DNA of 64,000 nt, taken from assembly GCA_034667725.1 (NCBI GenBank), contig JAXDQS010000010.1:256001-320000 (forward strand), written 5' to 3'. The notes below the pieces were generated by a model. It saw only the letters and a program-made list of their open reading frames with translations. It had not been told where the DNA came from and did no database searches. This document shows, in pieces, positions 30,903-40,718 of this stretch; the stretch's first letter is position 1, and each line of letters opens with the position of its first letter. The position numbers and the translations under genes are program-made. Origin of the DNA: Thermoplasmata archaeon (GTDB taxonomy: Archaea; Thermoplasmatota; E2; JACPAO01; JAHFTW01).

Positions 30903-33515
30903 ATGGCGAAGCTGGACGATGCGGTCGCGGACGGGTTGGCCTCCATCTCCATCGCCTGCAGCCGGCACGCGGGCGCCGTCGTGGCCGTCGTGCTGCTCTT
31001 GACCGGCGTCTTCGGCTACGGCGTCTCGACCATCACCACCGACGTCGACGTCGCCGACGTGCTGCCGCGCGGCAACTACAACACCGAGGCCGCGCACAAC
31101 CTGACGGAGAAGTTCCGCTCGACCTTCACGCAGCAGGTCACCCTCCAACTCCACGTGGACGAGGCCGGGCACGACTGGGCAAAGGACAACGCCAAGCTCA
31201 CCTACCGCAACCTCGGCTTCCCCGCCAACGGCGCCCCGGCGCAGGTCAAGCCCGACAGCCGCAACATCACCGACGAGGTCTACATCCGCGCCACCGCCGA
31301 GCTGGTGGAGTTCCTGCAGGCCCAGACCGACTTCACGCGCACCATCTCCATCTCCAACATCTACAGCCTGATCAACTGGACCGTGGCCGGCGGCGACGGC
31401 TCCGGCGGCACCGAGCGCGCCCCCGAGTCCGCCTTCGCGCTGCCGGGCTACCGCAGCCAGGCCGACGCGGTGCGCTACCAGCTCGTGGACCAGACCGTGA
31501 AGGCCGCCATCCTGGACACGGTCGACGCCATCACCAGCCCGAAGTGGGACCACGCCGCGGCGCTGTTCATGCCGCCGGCCGACAACACCCGCAGCAGCCG
31601 CGACCTCGGCGCCCAGATGCTGGCGGCCCGCGACGCCTGGCTGGAGCACGTGCGCGCCGGCGACTCCGAGTTCACGGTCTTCGGCCCCGCCAACCCGCCG
31701 CTGTTCACGGTGGACCTGCCGATCGCGAACGCGCACTCGTCGGAGCTGGTGCAGCAGGACACGCTGCGGCTCATGCCGATGATCGCGGCGTTCATTCTGG
31801 CCTGCCTGTTCGTCGCGTTCCGCAACCTGCGCGCCATCGCCGTGAGCTTCACGACGCTCGCCATCGGCGTGGTGTGGAGCTACGGCACGATGGGCTTCAT
31901 GGGCATCCCGCTCAACACCCTCAACATGACGATCGTGCCGCTGGTCATGGGCATCGGCATCGACTACTCCATCCACATCATCAACGAGTTCGCGGAGCAC
32001 AAGTCGCGCGGCTTCAGCGACCAGGAGGCGTTCCGCCAGGCCGGCCGCCGCAGCGGGCTTGCCATGCTCATCGCCACCGCCACCACGGTCGCCGGCCTCG
32101 TCGTGCTGGTGTTCAGCCCCAGCCTGCTGATTGCCGACCTGGGCCTCATCGCCACCGTGGCGCTCACCGTCCTCTACCTGCTGGCCATCACCTTCATCCC
32201 GGCGGCCCTCACGCTCTTGGGCGGCTCGACCCGCATGGGCGCCAAGTTCACCCCAAGCCGCATCATGCCCGCGATCGCGCGCGGCGTGACCCGCGCCCGC
32301 TGGCTCGTGGTCGTGCTCCTGTTGGCCGTGAGCGTCGTCGCCTACCCGCTGGCGGAGTCGGTCGGCAAGGAGGCGTTCGGCGACCCCGGCCGCAACTACC
32401 TGCCCGACGACCCCATCCGGCGCGAGCACGAGGCCGGCCTCGCCGACTTCTACGGCTCCACCAGCTCCGACGAGAAGGCCAACATCCTCGCCTTCAGTGG
32501 CCCCGGCATCCTGACGCCCGACGCCATCCGGTACTACCGCGCCATCGAGGCGAACCTCAAGAACGAGTCGCGGGTCATCGACGACACGCTGCGGACGGTG
32601 CCGTTCTTCATCGAGACCTGGCTCACCGTCAAGGGCGGCGCGCCGGGGGCCGCGCAGAGCGTTGCGCTGTCGGAGATCCTCGGCATCCCGATCCCCATCC
32701 CCGTGCCGCCGGCCGACGACCCGCGCCAGCAGCTCGACCCGTTCCCCGCCACCGAGCAGGCCATCCGCGCCGAGGTCAACGCCATGTTCGGCAGCCCGAT
32801 GCGCGAGCTGTCGAGCATCATCCTCAACCATCCCGCCAACGACATGGCCGCCATGACCTTCAGCGTCAACGCCGGCACGTTCGAGCAGGCCGAGCAGGTG
32901 TGGGGCCAGGTCTGGCACGCTGTTGCCGCCGCCAACGCCACCATGGGCGGCGCGCCCGCCGGCATCAAGGTCGCCTTCATCGGCAACACCGCCACCAACT
33001 ACCTGTTCATCGCCGAGGAGCTGCCGTGGCTCACCTACATGGCGCTCGTCAACAACGTGGTGCTGGCCGTCCTGGTGCTCGCGACTACCCGCAGCATCAA
33101 GATCACGCTCGTCATCGCCATCCTGTCGGTGCTCACGACGCTGTGGTGGCTGGCGATCCTGCCCAGCTTCGGCATCGGCATGGCCATCACGCTGACCCTG
33201 CCGTTCGCCTTCATCACCGCCATCGGCACCGACTACGGCGTTCACTTCATGTGGAACATCCGCCAGACCGGCGACGCCCGCGAGGTGTTCGAGTCCACCG
33301 GCAAGGCGGTCCTGTTCAGCGCGGTCACGACGACGGGCGCCTTCGTGTTCTTCATCGCCGTCCAGAACGTCGCCGTCGCCCGCACCATGCTTGCGACCAC
33401 CCTCGCGTTCGCCATCATCTTCCTCGTCACCGTCCTCGTGGTGCCGGTGTTCTTCCCCGTCGAGCGGAAGCGGCGACGGGCCCACCGGAATCCACCCCCA
33501 CCGATCCGTTCTTGA
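30903..33515 (+). CDS. MMPL/RND family transporter
   Basis: Two repeats of 1+5 TM with large extracellular loops; GIGIDYSIH and AIGTDYGVH motifs. Confidence 0.92.
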   Translation: MAKLDDAVADGLASISIACSRHAGAVVAVVLLLTGVFGYGVSTITTDVDVADVLPRGNYNTEAAHNLTEKFRSTFTQQVTLQLHVDEAGHDWAKDNAKLTYRNLGFPANGAPAQVKPDSRNITDEVYIRATAELVEFLQAQTDFTRTISISNIYSLINWTVAGGDGSGGTERAPESAFALPGYRSQADAVRYQLVDQTVKAAILDTVDAITSPKWDHAAALFMPPADNTRSSRDLGAQMLAARDAWLEHVRAGDSEFTVFGPANPPLFTVDLPIANAHSSELVQQDTLRLMPMIAAFILACLFVAFRNLRAIAVSFTTLAIGVVWSYGTMGFMGIPLNTLNMTIVPLVMGIGIDYSIHIINEFAEHKSRGFSDQEAFRQAGRRSGLAMLIATATTVAGLVVLVFSPSLLIADLGLIATVALTVLYLLAITFIPAALTLLGGSTRMGAKFTPSRIMPAIARGVTRARWLVVVLLLAVSVVAYPLAESVGKEAFGDPGRNYLPDDPIRREHEAGLADFYGSTSSDEKANILAFSGPGILTPDAIRYYRAIEANLKNESRVIDDTLRTVPFFIETWLTVKGGAPGAAQSVALSEILGIPIPIPVPPADDPRQQLDPFPATEQAIRAEVNAMFGSPMRELSSIILNHPANDMAAMTFSVNAGTFEQAEQVWGQVWHAVAAANATMGGAPAGIKVAFIGNTATNYLFIAEELPWLTYMALVNNVVLAVLVLATTRSIKITLVIAILSVLTTLWWLAILPSFGIGMAITLTLPFAFITAIGTDYGVHFMWNIRQTGDAREVFESTGKAVLFSAVTTTGAFVFFIAVQNVAVARTMLATTLAFAIIFLVTVLVVPVFFPVERKRRRAHRNPPPPIRS

Positions 33516-33538
33516 CCACGCCTTCGGTCGCAGCGGCG

Positions 33539-33859
33539 ATGAGCGGGGCCGTCCACACCGTCACCGACGCCAACTTCCAGGAATTCACCACCCAGCCGGG
33601 GGTCGTCCTGATCGACTTCTGGGCGCCGTGGTGCGGCCCCTGCAAGCGCATCGGCCCCGTCATCGAGCAGCTCTCCACCGAGATGCCGGCCGTCAAGTTC
33701 GGCAAGCTCAACACCGACGAGAACCAGGTCACCGCCTCCCGCAACGGCGTCATGAGCATCCCCACCCTCATGGTCTACAAGAACGGCCAGAAGGTCGACC
33801 AGATCGTAGGCGCCGTACCCAAGGAGACCCTGGTGGCGTCGCTCAAGAAGCACGGCTGA
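33539..33859 (+). CDS. trxA: Thioredoxin
   Basis: DFWAPWCGPCK, MSIPTL. Confidence 0.97.
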   Translation: MSGAVHTVTDANFQEFTTQPGVVLIDFWAPWCGPCKRIGPVIEQLSTEMPAVKFGKLNTDENQVTASRNGVMSIPTLMVYKNGQKVDQIVGAVPKETLVASLKKHG

Positions 33860-33904
33860 GAACCAGTCCGCGTCCGCTAAATCCTGGCGCCGGTTGCAAG
33901 CCCG

Positions 33905-34321
33905 TTGGCCCATCCGTACCTGAGCGCCGCCTGGGCCCGCCAAGCCATCGAGACCGTCCGCACCGACCCCGCGCTCCGCGAGGCGATCGCCGGCCACGAC
34001 GTGAGCGTCCTGGTCGAAGTGGACGACGCCCCGCCCGGCCGGATGCAGGCGCTCTACGCCAGCTTCGACGGCACCGGCGGCGCCGACCTGCGGGTCTCCG
34101 AGGACCGGGCCAGCATCGACCGCGTCGTCGAGAAGCCGACCCTCGTCATCACGGGCGCCTACGAGGTCTTCGTGGCGCTCCGGCAAGGCCAGGTGGACCC
34201 GAGGCGGGCCTTGGTGGCGGGGCAGCTCAAGCTGCACGGCGGCCGGCTGCGCGCGCTGGCACACATGCGGCCCCTGATGCAGCTCGTTGCGACGCTGCAC
34301 GCCATCCCGGCGACGACCTGA
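33905..34321 (+). CDS. SCP2 sterol-binding domain protein
   Basis: PYLSAAW start; ITGAYE...G.VDP..ALVAGQLKLHG signature. Confidence 0.8.
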   Translation: MAHPYLSAAWARQAIETVRTDPALREAIAGHDVSVLVEVDDAPPGRMQALYASFDGTGGADLRVSEDRASIDRVVEKPTLVITGAYEVFVALRQGQVDPRRALVAGQLKLHGGRLRALAHMRPLMQLVATLHAIPATT

Positions 34322-34446
34322 AGCCGCTCGCAGGATTTGGGCAGGACATTCCGGAGCACGAGGGGCGACCGGAATCAAGGAGGCCGACGCCGAGTCCGGT
34401 CGGCCCGCGCCGGTCCGGAATCCTGACCAAATTCGGAGAGCGGCTT
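34321..34446. repeat. ~126-bp element bounded by ~33-bp imperfect inverted repeats (MITE-like or bidirectional terminator)
   Basis: AAGCCGCTC..GGATTTGG.CAGGA..TTCCGGA versus TCCGGAATCCTGACCAAATTC..GAGCGGCTT; internal GGCCGAC/GTCGGCC hairpin; lies between convergent genes. Confidence 0.55.
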
Positions 34447-34453
34447 TCGCGAA

Positions 34454-34897
34454 TCAGCCTATCATGGGCGCCGCGGCCTGGCGGTGGGCGAAGCGCGCGT
34501 ACCGCTTGTCGAGGGTGTGGATGACGCGGCGGGGGTGGTGGCCGCGCGGCAGCCGCACCGGCACGCACTCCTGCTTGGCCTTCCAGCGCAGCGCGTTGGC
34601 CATGTGCAGGGCGGCCTTCTCGATGCCGGACACCGCCCGGGCGTCGCCGGAGGCGGCCGCGGCGGCGAAGCGGCGAATCTCGGCGCGCGCCGACTCGAAC
34701 TCCTGGTCGTAGGAGTCCTTGGGGACGCCGCGCACCGGCCAGGCGTCATGCGCCACTTGGGCGATGACCTCCATGTCCTCCTGGGCCACGGGGCGGCAAT
34801 CGTGGAGGGCGCCGGCCATCCCTTCGAGGGCCTTGGCGAGGTTGACCAGGTCATCAGGCGGCAACGCGGGGCTGGAGCCGGGCATCTTTTGCATCAC
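34454..34897 (-). CDS. Hypothetical protein
   Basis: 147-aa ORF with coding-like codon usage; TATA-like sequence on the minus strand near 34947. Confidence 0.6.
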   Translation of the reverse strand: MMQKMPGSSPALPPDDLVNLAKALEGMAGALHDCRPVAQEDMEVIAQVAHDAWPVRGVPKDSYDQEFESARAEIRRFAAAAASGDARAVSGIEKAALHMANALRWKAKQECVPVRLPRGHHPRRVIHTLDKRYARFAHRQAAAPMIG

Positions 34898-34954
34898 CGG
34901 CCCCCGTTTGCCCCCCTGGGACTAGATAGCCGGGCGGGCCAAACCATATATCCT

Positions 34955-35863
34955 TCATCCGGCGGGCTCGGCGGCCGGCACGCGGGTGCGGGGGATGGTG
35001 AGCAAGGCGCCGGCCAGCACCAGCACGCCTCCCAGGACGACGCCGGCGGCAGGCAGTTCGCCCAAGAGCGGCCACGCCAGCAGCGCCGCCCCCACCGGCT
35101 CGAGCAGGATCCAGGTGGCCACCGTGTGGGCCGGCAGGTAGCGCAGCACCCAGTTCGACACCGTGTGGCCGCCGAGCATCGGCACCGCGGCCAGCAGCAC
35201 GAAGACCAGGAATGTCTGCGAGCCCACGCCCGCAAGCAGCGGCTGGTGGGCCAGCGGCGCCGCGGCCGCGAGCGCCACCGCCGCGAACCCGTACACCGGC
35301 AGCACGTACTCCACCAGGCCCTGGGTGGCGCGGACGCGGCGGCCCACCAGCATGTAGCTCGCCGACCCGAGGCCGGCGACCACGGCGAGGGCGTCGCCCG
35401 CGAGGGCGCGCGCCGAGTCGGGCGCGAGCGCGCCGTCGGTCGCCGCGATGGCGATGCCGCCCAGGACCGCGACGGCGACCCCGGTCCAGCCGGCGGCGCG
35501 CAGCCGGTCGCCCAAGAGGAAGTGGCCGCCGAGCGCCACGAAGACGGCCTGCAGCGTGACGAGGGCGGTGGCGGCGGCGACGGTGGTGTACTGGAGGCTC
35601 GTCACCCAGACGGCGAAGTGGAACGCGAGCGCGAGGCCGGCGCCCGCCGAGACCGCCCAGTCGCGGGCGGGCCGGGCCTTCCAGGCGGCGACGGCGCGGC
35701 CGGCGAACGGGGCCAAGAGGAGGCAGGCGAACGCCAGCCGCCAGAAGGAGGCGGTGATGGCGGGGGCCTCGGCGAGGCGGAACAGGGGTGCGGCGAACGA
35801 GACGCTGGCGACCGCGACGGCAACACCCAGCCACGGCGGGAAGGCGGGGCGCTCGGAGGCCAC
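34955..35863 (-). CDS. EamA/DMT family transporter
   Basis: 10 TM pattern; AFHFAVWVTSLQYTTVA, GHT..NW.LRY, LLEPVGA. Confidence 0.92.
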   Translation of the reverse strand: MASERPAFPPWLGVAVAVASVSFAAPLFRLAEAPAITASFWRLAFACLLLAPFAGRAVAAWKARPARDWAVSAGAGLALAFHFAVWVTSLQYTTVAAATALVTLQAVFVALGGHFLLGDRLRAAGWTGVAVAVLGGIAIAATDGALAPDSARALAGDALAVVAGLGSASYMLVGRRVRATQGLVEYVLPVYGFAAVALAAAAPLAHQPLLAGVGSQTFLVFVLLAAVPMLGGHTVSNWVLRYLPAHTVATWILLEPVGAALLAWPLLGELPAAGVVLGGVLVLAGALLTIPRTRVPAAEPAG

Positions 35864-36010
35864 GCGGGTCGCGAGGGCCTGGGGACCAAAAACAGAGTGC
35901 AAGCCCCGCCCCGCCGTGGGAGGAGCACACCGGTGTGGGAGGACACCGTTGGGCATCGGCGGGGCGGGTTGCGGGAGGAAGGGGAGGAGGGAGGCTGCAC
36001 CGGGGTGCGG

Positions 36011-37219
36011 TTATTCGACGAAGTCGATGCCGCCGGCGCTGAAGCCGCCGCGGTTGCCGCCGATGGACTGGGGGCGGCTGAACTGGTAGCCCTTCTGCTG
36101 GGGCTGCGCGGGGGCCTTGGCCGACGGGGCCGGGGCGCTGTTGGCGTGGCCGTTGGACTTGCCGGCCGGGACCTGGGCCATCTGGACCAGGGGGTTCGAC
36201 TGGCTTCGCTGCTGCGGCGCCGGGGCCTCGGTGGTGCTGATGCCGGTCATGATGGCCATGACGCGGCAGCGGCCCTCGAACTGGGGCAGCACGCGGGCGC
36301 CCCAGATGACGTTGGCCTGCGAGTCGAGCTCGTAGGTCAGGCCCTCGGCCACTTCTTCAGCGTGCTTGAGGGTGAGGTCCGGGCCGCCGGTGATGTGCAC
36401 CAGGGCGCCGGTGGCGCCGCGGTAGTCGACGTCCAAGAGCGGGTGGTTGATGGCCTCGCTCACGACGCTGGAGGCGCCGTCGGAGGTCTTCGCCTCGCCC
36501 CAGAGCATGACGGCCATGCCGCCCTCGCCCATGATGGCCTTGACGTCGGCGTAGTCCAGGTTGATCAGGGACGGCTGGGTGATGGTCTCGCTGATGCCCT
36601 TGACGGTCTCGGCGATGAGCTGGTCCATGACCGAGAACGCCTGGTCGATGGGCAGGTTCGGGACGTACTTCAGCAGCCGGTTGTTGTCGAGGACGATGAC
36701 CGAGTCGGCGCGGCTGCGGAGCTTGTTGAGGCCCTCGTCGCCGCGGATGATGCGGGCGCGCTCGACGTTGAACGGCGTCGAGACCATGCCGACGACGATG
36801 GCGCCCATCTTCTTGGCGACGTCCGCCACGACGGGGGCGGTGCCGGTGCCGGTGCCGCCGCCCATGCCGGCCGTGATGAACACGAGGTCGGCGCCCTTGA
36901 GCATCTCCTCGAGCTTGCCGCGGGCCTGCTCGGCGCAGCGTTCCGCGACCTCAGGGTAGCCGCCGGCGCCCAGGCCGCGGGTGATGGTCTTGCCGACCAG
37001 GAGCTTCTTGTCGGCCTCGACGAGGTCGAGCGCCTGCTTGTCGGTGTTGATGGCGATGGTCTCGGCGCCGCGGACGCCGACCTTGTGGAGGCGGTTGACG
37101 GTGTTGCCGCCGGCGCCGCCGCAGCCAACGATGACGATCTTGGGCTCGCCAAAGTTCTCGTATTCCTTGATCTCGACGTCTTGGGCGTACCCAACCGCCG
37201 CTCCAATCAGGCTCTGCAT
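36011..37219 (-). CDS. ftsZ: Cell division protein FtsZ (FtsZ2-type, cdrS-linked)
   Basis: [31 protein letters not shown]-terminal GIDFV. Confidence 0.98.
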   Translation of the reverse strand: MQSLIGAAVGYAQDVEIKEYENFGEPKIVIVGCGGAGGNTVNRLHKVGVRGAETIAINTDKQALDLVEADKKLLVGKTITRGLGAGGYPEVAERCAEQARGKLEEMLKGADLVFITAGMGGGTGTGTAPVVADVAKKMGAIVVGMVSTPFNVERARIIRGDEGLNKLRSRADSVIVLDNNRLLKYVPNLPIDQAFSVMDQLIAETVKGISETITQPSLINLDYADVKAIMGEGGMAVMLWGEAKTSDGASSVVSEAINHPLLDVDYRGATGALVHITGGPDLTLKHAEEVAEGLTYELDSQANVIWGARVLPQFEGRCRVMAIMTGISTTEAPAPQQRSQSNPLVQMAQVPAGKSNGHANSAPAPSAKAPAQPQQKGYQFSRPQSIGGNRGGFSAGGIDFVE

Positions 37220-37351
37220 GGTGTGTGTGCTCCTCCTTGTGGTTGGCGACGCTTCCCCCGAGGGGGACGGGGACCGTCGCCGGTGTCCCCGCCCGCCCTT
37301 TGTCTCCTAGTGCATCCCATCCCCGCCCTGGTGAGGCAAGGAACCTGAGTG

Positions 37352-37612
37352 TCAGCCGAGGCCCAGCTTGCGCTTGGCCGCCTCGATCTGGGCCAAGGCC
37401 TGCTGGATCTCCAGCAGCCCCTTCTCGGCCTCGATCGTCTTCTTCGCCTCGCCGCCCTTCTGGAGCAGGAGCTCCTTCACGGCGTTGTAGACCACATCGG
37501 TGGTGTTGCGGTAGACGCCGGCGGACACAAGGGCCTCGATCTGTTGGATCTGGGCCTTGGGCAGGCGCACCGTGATGCGGTCGGTCGGTTGCTTGGCGAT
37601 TTTGGCGGCCAT
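37352..37612 (-). CDS. cdrS: Ribbon-helix-helix regulator CdrS-like, with C-terminal coiled coil
   Basis: DRITVRLPKAQIQQIEALVSAGVYRNTTDVVYNAVKELL; GGAGGT SD; sits directly upstream of ftsZ, the conserved archaeal synteny. Confidence 0.82.
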   Translation of the reverse strand: MAAKIAKQPTDRITVRLPKAQIQQIEALVSAGVYRNTTDVVYNAVKELLLQKGGEAKKTIEAEKGLLEIQQALAQIEAAKRKLGLG

Positions 37613-37633
37613 TTTTGGGACCTCCACTGGGCG

Positions 37634-37848
37634 CCAGGTGTCTGACGCCTGGTGCCAACAAACGACCACAATGGACCCCATAAGGGACCAAATGTTGCCA
37701 TTTGTCTGACAGTGCCATTCCGCGGGCCGCATATAAGCCGTTCGGGTCGAAGCGCTCAAACCGGGGCGCCCCCTCCTGTTGGATGCGCGGACAGGAGGGC
37801 ACCGGACCCCTGTTTCGCATGGAACTCCATCGGAAACGGGGGTCAGAC
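37634..37848 (-). promoter_or_regulatory. cdrS-ftsZ promoter with TATA box and three GTCWGAC sites
   Basis: CTTATAT on the minus strand at 37731-37737; TGTCTGAC at 37639 and 37703; GTCAGAC at 37842. Confidence 0.5.
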
Positions 37849-37988
37849 GAGGCAAAAAGGAAGGGGACTGCCGAAGGGGGATGCAGGTCTCCGGCAGGGT
37901 CCAGCGCGGGGGAGGAGCATCCCACGGCCGAGGCCATTCTCCCGGAGCCCCGCAACCTACCTCAAGCTGCGGGGGAGGCGGGTGAAAC

Positions 37989-38573
37989 CTAGGCCCGGAG
38001 CCAGGCGCCGAACTCGCGCCAGTGCCGCAGGTAGTCCGGCTTCCACTTCTGGCGGTAGATGATCGCCGCCGGATGCCAGCTCACCCACAGCGGAAGCCCC
38101 GCCGGCGTCTGCAGGAACGTGCCCGCCAGCTTGGCGAAGTCCGCCGCCGGGTCGCCTCCCAGGATCCCATGGAGCCCGTGCCGGCCGAGCGCCACCACCA
38201 CCCGCGGCTGGATGGCCTCCAGCTGCGCCAAGAGATGCTGCCGGCACAGCTCCTTCTCCTCGGTCGTCGGGTCGCGGTTGCCCGGCGGCCGGCACTTGAC
38301 GACACTCGTGACGAACACATCGGCGCGCGTCAGGCCCGCCTCGGCCAGCCCGAGGTCGAGGTTGCGGCCCGCGGCCCCGCAGAACGGCCGGCCGGTCTCG
38401 TCCTCGTTCCGGCCCGGCGCCTCGCCCACCAGCACGACGCCGAGCCGCGCGTCGCCCTCGCCCGGCACCGCCTGGATGCGGCCGGCGGCCAGCGGGCACG
38501 CCAGGCAGACGCGCACGCGCCCCGCGATGCGCTCAAGGCGCTCCAGGTCGGGAGCATGGGCGGGCGCAGGCAT
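37989..38573 (-). CDS. udg: Uracil-DNA glycosylase family 4
   Basis: CxxCPL, VGEAPG.NED..GRPFCG.AG, VKCRPPGNRDP, HPAA. Confidence 0.95.
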   Translation of the reverse strand: MPAPAHAPDLERLERIAGRVRVCLACPLAAGRIQAVPGEGDARLGVVLVGEAPGRNEDETGRPFCGAAGRNLDLGLAEAGLTRADVFVTSVVKCRPPGNRDPTTEEKELCRQHLLAQLEAIQPRVVVALGRHGLHGILGGDPAADFAKLAGTFLQTPAGLPLWVSWHPAAIIYRQKWKPDYLRHWREFGAWLRA

Positions 38574-38632
38574 CGGCGCGCAAGCGCCAGCGTCCAAGAT
38601 GGCCTTTTCTGCCGCGGCGTCTCCGACGGGCC

Positions 38633-39622
38633 GTGCGCGTCCTTCCGCCCCTGCCGCTCCTGCTCGTGCTGCTGGCCGCGGGCTGCGCCGGCCCGACGCC
38701 GGACGGACAGTTCGAGGACCTGGTGGAGCCGCCGGCGCCGCTGCGCCTGCTCGCGATCGGCGACGCCGGCACCGGCGAGGCCGGCCAGTTCCAGGTGGCG
38801 CGCGCGATGGAGGCGGTGTGCGCGGCGCGCGGCTGCGACGCGGTGCTGGACCTTGGCGACCTGCTGTACCCGAGCGGCGCCAGCAGCCCGGACGACCCGC
38901 AGTTCGACGCCAAGTTCGAGCGGCCCTACGCCAACCTCACCGTGCCGTTCTGGATGGTGCTCGGGAACCACGACAACTCCGCCGAGCCGGGCGGCACCGG
39001 GACCTGGGACGCGCAGGGCGACAACGAGGTGGCATACGGCGCGCGCACCGACCGCGCCAGCGCCAAGTGGACCATGCCGGGCCGGTTCTACCACGCGACC
39101 CTGCACGCGCCCGCCGTCGACGCCGACCTGTTCGCGCTCGACACCAACACCCTGCTTGCGGCGGACCTGAAGGAGCAAGGCCCCTGGCTCGACGGCGCCC
39201 TCGCCGGCTCGCGCGCGCTGTGGCGCCTTGCCATCGGCCACCACCCGTACGTCTCCAACGGCCCGCACGGCGACGCCGGCGCCTACGACGGCCGCCCCGT
39301 CCCCGGCCTCTCCGGCGAGCACTTCCGCCAGTTCTTCGAGGCCCGGCTGTGCGGCAAGGTGGACCTCTACCTCGCGGGCCACGACCACACCTTGCAGTGG
39401 CTCCCTGCCCAGCCCGGCTGCGGCGCCACCGAGTTCGTCGTGAGCGGCGCCGGCGGGGCCGCCACCTACGACCTGGTCGGCGACCACGCGGCCCGCTTCC
39501 AGTCCTCCAGCCTCGGCTTCTGGTGGCTCGAACTGGACGCCGCCGCGCTGCGCGCCGTCGCCTTCGACGCCGACGGCAAGGCGCTGCACGAGCTGTCGCT
39601 GTCCCGCACCCGTTCCGCTTAA
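38633..39622 (+). CDS. Metallophosphoesterase (purple acid phosphatase-like) lipoprotein
   Basis: Lipobox LAAGC; GDAG, GDLLY, GNHD, GHHP, GHDH motifs. Confidence 0.92.
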   Translation: MRVLPPLPLLLVLLAAGCAGPTPDGQFEDLVEPPAPLRLLAIGDAGTGEAGQFQVARAMEAVCAARGCDAVLDLGDLLYPSGASSPDDPQFDAKFERPYANLTVPFWMVLGNHDNSAEPGGTGTWDAQGDNEVAYGARTDRASAKWTMPGRFYHATLHAPAVDADLFALDTNTLLAADLKEQGPWLDGALAGSRALWRLAIGHHPYVSNGPHGDAGAYDGRPVPGLSGEHFRQFFEARLCGKVDLYLAGHDHTLQWLPAQPGCGATEFVVSGAGGAATYDLVGDHAARFQSSSLGFWWLELDAAALRAVAFDADGKALHELSLSRTRSA

Positions 39623-39680
39623 GAGCGACCCTCCCGTCGCCGCAATCCCGCCACCGCGCAGCGATGGCGGCCCGGCGCAA

Positions 39681-39992
39681 GGCGGGGACTAGGCGGGGAG
39701 ATTGGGCACCCCTTACGCGCAAGTCCACAATGGCGCGGCCGAACCCCTGCCGTGGCGTCCGGGGTCCGCGACAAGCCTCCGTAATTACAGTGAAGCCTCG
39801 TCCCCCGAGGTCGGCGGTGGGGGGAATCCTGCCGGAGGGCAGGCCGAACCCCTTCGATGCGGGGACCGGGTCAGGCCCGGAAGGGAGCAGCCTTACCGCA
39901 AACGACCGACGTTTGGGGGAGTGCGGGGTGGAGGACCACGGAGGGTCAAGCTTGCGCGGGTCCCGGGCGAACGCGGCAGGAGCGTCCCCGCC
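39681..39992 (+). ncRNA. ffs: Archaeal SRP RNA (7S RNA)
   Basis: Helix-8 motif GGTCAGGCCCGGAAGGGAGCAGCC at ~39869-39892; terminal helix GGCGGGGAC (39681) pairs with GTCCCCGCC (39984-39992); ~312 nt. Confidence 0.93.
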
Positions 39993-40275
39993 CGCCAAAG
40001 GGCCGGCCCGCTGCAAGCATCTTCCGCGGATTTCGCCGGCGGTTGTGCTGCGGGGGGATGGAAATCAAGCCATCGGTGCGGATTCCGCATCGCTGCCGCG
40101 AGTTTTGCGGCTGGCGACCATCCTTTGCCGAGATAATTCGAGGACTTTAAGAAGCCCACCGGGTCAGAAAACGTGAACATGTTCGAGTTCCACGGCCATG
40201 CCCAGGAGGGAATGGCGGAATCCGCAATGCTTTAGGCATCATCGTTCCTAGTCTCTATTCGTTCTGGTGTCTCCC

Positions 40276-40509
40276 ATGGTGTTCCTCCGCTGCTCCAAGT
40301 GTGGCTCCGATTCCGGCTTCCTCGTGGAGACGCAGGACCGCAAGACGCTCGAGGTCAAGGGCAAGCTCCCGATGGAGCGCATCCTGAAGTCGGTCCTGGT
40401 CACCTGCACCTACTGCAACAACCGCTGGGACCACGTCCCCGTGGCACTCCGAGACTCCTCCGTCGAGGCCCGCATCCAGGCCCGCAAGGAACGCGAGCTC
40501 CAGCAGTAG
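40276..40509 (+). CDS. Small zinc-ribbon protein
   Basis: CSKC...CTYC; GGTG SD-like sequence upstream. Confidence 0.75.
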   Translation: MVFLRCSKCGSDSGFLVETQDRKTLEVKGKLPMERILKSVLVTCTYCNNRWDHVPVALRDSSVEARIQARKERELQQ

Positions 40510-40510
40510 C

Positions 40511-40712
40511 CCGGACAGGCTGCGCCTGTCCGCCCGGGGCGCTGCGCGCCCCGGACCCCCAGCCGACTAGGGGGCCGCTCCTCGCGCCGACGCGCCGCTT
40601 CGCTCGCGGGCCGGCCCGCTCGTCCTGCGCGCTGAAGGTTGCTCGCTTCGCATCGCAACCCGTTCGCGAAAGCCCTCTCGGGCTTTCGCTTCGCGTGCGC
40701 GGCGGCCCCCGG
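40511..40712. repeat. GC-rich multi-hairpin (REP/MITE-like) element
   Basis: GGACAGGC-TGC-GCCTGTCC; CCGGGGCGC-TGC-GCGCCCCGG; outer stem GGGGGCCGC/GCGGCCCCC; GCGAAAGCCC-TCTC-GGGCTTTCGC; CGCTTCGC three times. Confidence 0.55.
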
Positions 40713-40718
40713 TTCGGT

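Noticed and set aside
39640-40180. ORFs over 39702..40180 and a possible RNase P RNA
   Set aside because: The region carries the SRP helix-8 motif and terminal helix, and I did not find the RNase P P4 consensus. It is SRP RNA, not coding.
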